A program made the position numbers and the translations under genes. From IMG/VR virus record IMGVR_UViG_3300025120_000038: DNA of 20,000 nt; one strand, given 5' to 3'. Below, in pieces: positions 15,092 to 20,000 of the stretch. The first letter of the stretch is position 1. Each line of letters opens with the position of its first letter. The DNA comes from an uncultured virus (IMG/VR IMGVR_UViG_3300025120_000038) (lineage: Duplodnaviria; Heunggongvirae; Uroviricota; Caudoviricetes). Below the pieces are notes generated by a model. It did not search any database and was not told where the DNA came from. It worked only from the letters and a program-made list of their open reading frames with translations.

Positions 15092-15238
15092 TTATTCTTT
15101 TGCTTTCTTTATTATCATTAAAACTGTATATACTATTGTAAGTATTAATACAATTGTCTGTAATACAGGATTTAAGTTTGGCATAACTGAAACTAAAAGT
15201 GCTCCTATATTTAATCCGAATATTTTTAATTCGTCCAT
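15092..15238 (-). CDS. Small two-TM membrane protein, holin/antiholin-like (48 aa; start revised from 15304 to 15238)
   Basis: MDELKIFGLNIGALLVSVMPNLNPVLQTIVLILTIVYTVLMIIKKAKE: two hydrophobic segments and a basic tail. ATG 15238 lies 4 nt after the upstream stop, in an A-rich context. Confidence 0.65.
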   Translation of the reverse strand: MDELKIFGLNIGALLVSVMPNLNPVLQTIVLILTIVYTVLMIIKKAKE

Positions 15239-15242
15239 TTTT

Positions 15243-15659
15243 TTATTTATGTTTGTTGTTTCCAAAAACTTTTTCGACACCTCTAGATCCGAAATAGCCC
15301 CCAATCACGATTGTTAATAATGAAGTTATTGAGTCTAAAGGATATCCCATATACCAACCTACTACATAACTTACTGTTAAAAATACTAATACTAAAGGGC
15401 GAACATTAGATGCAAGAAATGATCCAGATCTTGCATCAGCCACCCAACGTCTTGTTGTGCCGTCAATTTCAGCACGCTCTAATTCTAATTTTTTTAAAGC
15501 AATATCTTTATCGGATTCTGACATATCACTTCCGCCTATAATTGCTTTAATAACCGATCCAACCGGGGTATCTCCCGCTATTGCACCAACGATGTTAGGA
15601 ATTTTGTCTAATAAAAATTTCCCTACACCGGTATCTTTAAATTTTTTTTTATCACTCAT
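15243..15659 (-). CDS. Holin-like protein (3TM/GTA-holin-like)
   Basis: 138 aa with RW.AD..S.SFLASNVRPLVLVFL and GGYFGSRGVEK motifs and two C-terminal hydrophobic helices. Confidence 0.75.
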   Translation of the reverse strand: MSDKKKFKDTGVGKFLLDKIPNIVGAIAGDTPVGSVIKAIIGGSDMSESDKDIALKKLELERAEIDGTTRRWVADARSGSFLASNVRPLVLVFLTVSYVVGWYMGYPLDSITSLLTIVIGGYFGSRGVEKVFGNNKHK

Positions 15660-15673
15660 TGTAATGTTATGCT

Positions 15674-16585
15674 TTATACTGTATATGTGCCGGAGCCATG
15701 AAATCTTAATATTGTATACCCAGGAACAGAGGTCGTGTCTGCTGTATATGTTCCTTGCGCATTTCCGCTAAAATTAGCATTTAAAATTTTTAATATTACT
15801 ACCCCAGAGCCTCCGCTACCTCCATAAGATTGATTACCCCAGTAAGAACTAGCACCAGCACCACCCCCGGTTCCAGTATTAGCATTACCACTATTTCCGT
15901 AATATTGAGAAATAGTTCCACTAGAATGTGGATAAAATCCATTTCCTCCTGAAGCCCCTGTGTTTCCTCCATAGCCATATCCACTTCCTCCACCAGGAGA
16001 GTATACAATAGCATTTCCTGTTATTGAATTACTAATACCATCACCTCCGTCGGCATATGGGGCACTTGAGCTTGTTCTTCCTGCAGTACCACTTCCGCTT
16101 GCGCCACCACCACTACCGCCTTCATCAGCATAAGATGAAACACCATTACCCCCAGCATTACCAGCTCCATTCCCATCTGGATTAGCTCCACTTGTAGATC
16201 CACCACCTCTAAATCCAGAACCAGCACCACCGGATCCTCCAGATCCTCCAGAATTTCCACCATAATAAGCAGGAAAAGTTGATGTACAACTTCCTCCTTT
16301 ACCACCGCCTGATACTGACACATTAATGCCAGTGCCTATTAAACTTGAGGATCCACCAGTACCAGCATTGTTACTTCCCGAAGTTGCTCCGGAGCCGCCA
16401 CTTCCAACTGTTATAGTTATTGGAGTAGTTGGTTCCATGTCTCCTGAGGTAGCAGCAATATATCCACCTGCTCCACCACCACCACCAAACCAAGCGCCAC
16501 CACCACCACCACCTCCAACTACTAAGTAATCAAAGGAATAAGGAATTGCACTTCCAAAAGCTGATAATAAACTTTGTCCAAACAT
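15674..16585 (-). CDS. Glycine-rich tail fibre/spike-associated protein
   Basis: 303 aa. DYLVVGGGGGGG..GGGGGAGG, ITVGSGG, NTGTGGG and GGSGGSGVVIL motifs typical of polyglycine phage tail domains. Confidence 0.8.
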   Translation of the reverse strand: MFGQSLLSAFGSAIPYSFDYLVVGGGGGGGAWFGGGGGAGGYIAATSGDMEPTTPITITVGSGGSGATSGSNNAGTGGSSSLIGTGINVSVSGGGKGGSCTSTFPAYYGGNSGGSGGSGGAGSGFRGGGSTSGANPDGNGAGNAGGNGVSSYADEGGSGGGASGSGTAGRTSSSAPYADGGDGISNSITGNAIVYSPGGGSGYGYGGNTGASGGNGFYPHSSGTISQYYGNSGNANTGTGGGAGASSYWGNQSYGGSGGSGVVILKILNANFSGNAQGTYTADTTSVPGYTILRFHGSGTYTV

Positions 16586-16588
16586 ACT

Positions 16589-17032
16589 TTAAGCTATTTG
16601 TGATATAGTATACCAAAATTCAGTGGCAGCTACACATGTAATTTGTATAAAATTCTTTTTACCTGATGTATCATCGTAGTCACCAGATATTTTATTAAAT
16701 GTACCTGCTGATCCGCCAACTGTAAAACCCACTGTATATGAACCACCTGCACCAGTTACAACTATAGCTTTAGTTACACCGATTACAGGATTAGTTATAT
16801 TAAGTGTTGTATTAGCATTAGGTGTTAATGTAAATACCTGGGCTGCCGTATAATTTACATCAATTGCAGCTGCTGGTGTTAATACAGTAGCTGTTGTAAA
16901 CTCTGTACCTACTTTAATACTAGTAACACTACTTGTTGCTAGCTTACCTGTTGTTACATTTGCATCTAAGATTTTACCCGTTGTTACAGCATCATCTGCT
17001 AGTACGTTACTTGTTACTTTTGTTAAAGCCAT
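16589..17032 (-). CDS. Small tail fibre-associated structural protein
   Basis: 147 aa. MALTKV N-terminus, 10-residue repeats (LADDAVTTGK/ILDANVTTGK/LATSSVTSIK), beta-rich C-terminal domain. Confidence 0.65.
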   Translation of the reverse strand: MALTKVTSNVLADDAVTTGKILDANVTTGKLATSSVTSIKVGTEFTTATVLTPAAAIDVNYTAAQVFTLTPNANTTLNITNPVIGVTKAIVVTGAGGSYTVGFTVGGSAGTFNKISGDYDDTSGKKNFIQITCVAATEFWYTISQIA

Positions 17033-17038
17033 TTTTTA

Positions 17039-19708
17039 TTAATTTTCTTTTATTGCTAAGTATATATATGTTCCTCCAGCTGCGTTTATATCAGGGTTCG
17101 TTTGAGAATTACTAAAATAAAAACCGGTTGTTGTAAAGTCCATATAGTTATTTGTGTCATCATATTCAGCATCGGCGCTATTAGCTCGCAATGATTTATC
17201 AGTTCCTCTTACAGTATCAAACATTCTCCAACCACCTGTTGAATCTGTTCTTTTAATTATTCCTAAAGTTGGAGCAAAGCCCACGTTAACAGTAAGTGGA
17301 CCACCTGATCCTAAGCCGGTGTAAGAACCCACTTTGCTGTAACCTGAAATTGATGTGAAACAATAAGCTATTATAGGAGTACCAGAAGAACTACCAAGAG
17401 AAGTATTCCAGTTGTTATCAAAAGTTGTAGATGTAGGTATTGACATAGTACCATCTGAAGAACTAGAAGTAGCTAGAGTAGCAGATTCTGATAAACCTAA
17501 ATATTGATATGGATTACTATTTAAAAAAAACGGTCTTGCCCACCATGTACCTGTTCCATTAATATTTTTTTGAATAATTAGTTCCGGTGCAACATTTAAA
17601 CCATGACCTACCTGTATGTTACCTGCGGATGATAAATTTCCACTAAATTTTACAATACTAAATCCAGCAGCTTGATTTGCTGAAACTAAACTTGTAGTTG
17701 ACCCGTCTGTGTTTATAGATGGTGTACCTCCTGCTTTCCAGTTCCAAGAAACGTATGTATCATTAAGAGTATTAGTATCTCCATCTGAACCTATTGAAAA
17801 GCCATTAGAATTAAAACTTGTAAGTCGGTTAGCATCAAAATTTTCTGCATTAGAGGAATTACTTACAATTCTATTTCCAACTCCTCTTATACTATCATAT
17901 AAACTATGCCATTGACTACCGCTACGTTCCTTTAACCATACCCAATCCGGTTTAAATCCTGTTGTTATAGATTGTGTTCCACCATTCCCTGTATACAACT
18001 CAGTAGCAAAACTATTAGCTAAACTAGGTGTTGTTGTAGAACCGTCAGCTGCAAAAGCTAGGTAGATGTATGAACCACCTGAAGTATTCCATCCATTATC
18101 TGAATTAACTATTTGAAAACCATTAGCAAGGAAATTAATAGCATAAGAATTACTAGTATACTCTTGATCATTTGAACTTGCTTGCAAAACACTTGTGCGT
18201 GGATTACTAGTGTTTCTTTTATTATCTTGTATATTCCAAGCACCAGTACTATCTGTACGTTTAACCATTAACCACGCGGGTTCAAAACCTGTTACAACTG
18301 AATGACCAGATACACCTGTTCCAGTGTAAGAGCCTACTTTGCTAAAACCTGGTTTTGATTTGAAAGCATAAACTATATAATCTGAACCACTATTATTTTG
18401 ATTATTAGCAGAACTACTACCAGCTAAAAACCCAAATTTTGTAGTACTCATATTACTTATATCTACAGAGCCATTAGTACCTCCAGTGTTAGTTGCGAAA
18501 GAATTTGTTTGATTTAAAAACCCAACAGTGTTATTTGCAGTATAATAAGTATTCCAATATCCGCCACCTGTACCACCACTACTAAGCTGCTTAAAAATAG
18601 TCAGTTCAGGTATTGAAGAAAGACCATGTCCAACGTCAGCCGATGCATTGCCATTTCCAGTATATTTCACAATACTAAATCCCAAAGTATTATTAACACT
18701 AACTTGACTATTTATAGTTCCATCAGTATTTGCCACAGCAGCTCCTCCGGCTTTAAAGTTCCAAGCTACGTATGTTCCGCTCCCATTATTAGTTGCACCA
18801 TTATTTCCTGTAGTAAATCCATCTGAATTAAATGAACTTACAGCATTTGAAGTAGTATATTCTGCAGCTGATAAATTACTAGAAATTTGTTGTTGAGTGC
18901 CTCTTACAGTGTCAAACCAAGCGTGGTCTTCTGTAGCGTTTCTTTTTTTTATCCACACTAAACCTGGAGAAAAATTTAAACCTGTAATTGATTGTGTTCC
19001 ACCATTTCCGCTGTACAAAACAGTGTTAAAATGATTACTAGGAGCATCGTTTTGAACTGTTATACTAAAAGATCTAGAAGCACTAGTTTGATTTTCATCA
19101 TCTGTAGCTGTAATGCTAAATGTTGTTGTTGTATCTGCTGATACTGCAGGTGCTGTCCCTGTTATAGCTCCTGTAGCTGTTGCTAAAGATAAACCTGTTG
19201 GTAAAGTACCTGTAGTTACTGCATACTCTATAGTATCACTACCTTCGGTAGCTGTTACTTGAAAAGAAGCTGCCGCTCCTTCTAAAACATTACCTAATGT
19301 ACCTGCAGCTGTTGACCACACCGGCACGCCGCTATACTGTATGAAGTTATTTTCTGAAACTGTACCTCCATCTGTATTTGTTACAGCAACTGTATAAGGC
19401 CCAGCTGCTTTAGCTGGTGTAGTTATTGTAATCTGCGTAGAAGAATTAAAAGCTGTTACAGCTGATGTTCCACCTACTGTACATGTAATACCTGAAGCAA
19501 ATAATGTACCATTAATAATAACACTCTCACCACCTGCAGGATCTGCTGCTGTTTGAGTTCCTGGATAATCAACAGATGTAATGGTAGGATTCGTTATTGC
19601 TGATGCCCAAGCCATTCCACCCGTACCATCAGTTTGTAGAAACTCTCCATCTGTACCATTGTTAGATACGCCGTAAAATTGTCCTGCTTTAGGTTTGGTT
19701 TGAGCCAT
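17039..19708 (-). CDS. Tail fibre/receptor-binding protein: IPT/TIG domain, Ig-like (He_PIG-type) domain, two tandem ~340-aa beta-rich modules
   Basis: 889 aa. IPT-like GGESVIINGTLF...VAVTNTDG; Ig-like LPTGLSLATATGAITGT; modules start NHFNTVLYSGNGGTQSITG and NSFATELYTGNGGTQSITTG, and both end YIYLA. Confidence 0.8.
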   Translation of the reverse strand: MAQTKPKAGQFYGVSNNGTDGEFLQTDGTGGMAWASAITNPTITSVDYPGTQTAADPAGGESVIINGTLFASGITCTVGGTSAVTAFNSSTQITITTPAKAAGPYTVAVTNTDGGTVSENNFIQYSGVPVWSTAAGTLGNVLEGAAASFQVTATEGSDTIEYAVTTGTLPTGLSLATATGAITGTAPAVSADTTTTFSITATDDENQTSASRSFSITVQNDAPSNHFNTVLYSGNGGTQSITGLNFSPGLVWIKKRNATEDHAWFDTVRGTQQQISSNLSAAEYTTSNAVSSFNSDGFTTGNNGATNNGSGTYVAWNFKAGGAAVANTDGTINSQVSVNNTLGFSIVKYTGNGNASADVGHGLSSIPELTIFKQLSSGGTGGGYWNTYYTANNTVGFLNQTNSFATNTGGTNGSVDISNMSTTKFGFLAGSSSANNQNNSGSDYIVYAFKSKPGFSKVGSYTGTGVSGHSVVTGFEPAWLMVKRTDSTGAWNIQDNKRNTSNPRTSVLQASSNDQEYTSNSYAINFLANGFQIVNSDNGWNTSGGSYIYLAFAADGSTTTPSLANSFATELYTGNGGTQSITTGFKPDWVWLKERSGSQWHSLYDSIRGVGNRIVSNSSNAENFDANRLTSFNSNGFSIGSDGDTNTLNDTYVSWNWKAGGTPSINTDGSTTSLVSANQAAGFSIVKFSGNLSSAGNIQVGHGLNVAPELIIQKNINGTGTWWARPFFLNSNPYQYLGLSESATLATSSSSDGTMSIPTSTTFDNNWNTSLGSSSGTPIIAYCFTSISGYSKVGSYTGLGSGGPLTVNVGFAPTLGIIKRTDSTGGWRMFDTVRGTDKSLRANSADAEYDDTNNYMDFTTTGFYFSNSQTNPDINAAGGTYIYLAIKEN
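17042..19036 (-). repeat. Intragenic tandem duplication, period 1020 nt (340 aa)
   Basis: Module starts at 19036 and 18016. Residual nucleotide identity GATTGTGTTCCACCATT at 17970 and 18990 (+ strand). Confidence 0.85.
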
Positions 19709-20000
19709 TTATACCGCTATTTCTTCTGTTAAATCCCACTCTTTATTTTCTTCATTCCATGTATACATTTTATCATCATCTGGATACTCAACAGGTGCTT
19801 TCCATAAACATGTTGTTTCATCTAGCGTCCAACTAGCATATGGTTTAGGTGGAATAAATGCATCACGAGCATAGTCATAAGTATATCCTATACCTGCATA
19901 GTTTTTTCTATATGGAGTACCATCACCTGAGTGCACACCACCACTTGTATTGTAAGAAGTTCTTTTACAAACTTGTTTTCTTACATCTTGGTACTGTAAT
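19709..20000 (-). CDS. Conserved small tail-fibre-associated protein, 5'-truncated by window edge
   Basis: The frame is open to the window end: ...QVCKRTSYNTSGGVHSGDGTPYRKNYAGIGYTYDYARDAFIPPKPYASWTLDETTCLWKAP. This motif set is common next to phage tail-fibre genes. The ORF-track start at 19936 is internal. Confidence 0.75.
   Translation of the reverse strand, partial: LQYQDVRKQVCKRTSYNTSGGVHSGDGTPYRKNYAGIGYTYDYARDAFIPPKPYASWTLDETTCLWKAPVEYPDDDKMYTWNEENKEWDLTEEIAV

Noticed and set aside
15239..15304. N-terminal extension of the small membrane protein as given in the ORF track
   Set aside because: It overlaps the upstream holin. ATG 15238 just after the holin stop is the more plausible start.
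15799..16323. Two alternative-frame ORFs inside the Gly-rich gene
   Set aside because: Val/Glu-rich by-products of GGT/GGA runs, which lack stops in the shifted frame.
2729..18826. Other plus-strand ORFs (2729, 5717, 7664, 8453, 9021, 10326, 12146, 13702, 15024, 15457, 16326, 16933, 17709, 18626)
   Set aside because: Antisense shadows of strong minus-strand genes, with biased S/F/L or P-rich composition and no recognisable motifs.
17039..19708. Diversity-generating retroelement target (TR/VR pair)
   Set aside because: The repeats are old protein-level duplications, not near-identical copies differing at adenines; no reverse transcriptase in the window.
1..20000. Stop-codon reassignment (TAG or TGA), known in some Crassvirales
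   Set aside because: All core genes are intact under code 11. Main genes end in TAA (TGA once, at 13924). Absence of TAG stops in main genes is not evidence of recoding, since no gene needs readthrough.
1..20000. tRNA, rRNA, CRISPR array, intron/intein, integrase or IS element
   Set aside because: None seen. Intergenic gaps are at most about 63 nt, and TerL and portal show no obvious insertions.

Overview
A 20-kb, AT-rich slice of a tailed dsDNA phage genome. It covers the late (virion/packaging/lysis) region of a crAss-like (Crassvirales-related) podovirus, most likely infecting a Bacteroidota/Flavobacteriaceae host. All real genes are on the minus strand and tightly packed. In transcription order: small tail-fibre-associated protein (partial), 889-aa tail fibre/receptor-binding protein, 147-aa tail protein, Gly-rich tail protein, two holin-like membrane proteins, M15 peptidase endolysin, conserved hypothetical, tandem GroES-like protein, putative TerS, TerL, portal, acidic scaffold-like protein, major capsid protein, conserved post-capsid protein, two tail ring/adaptor proteins, and a >1160-aa tail stabilisation/muzzle protein that runs off the window (absent from the ORF track). 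The most striking observation is a set of same-strand +1-frame nested ORFs that coincide with sharp GC islands inside essential genes. Two small basic peptides lie inside the scaffold gene: MPFKSQKQRRKCYA... and an ArfA-like ...RNLKKYYRKQKHK peptide, both below the ORF-track cutoff. Two more ORFs lie inside terL, one of 236 aa with a possible lipoprotein signal. All family assignments are from motif recall and synteny, not database searches.
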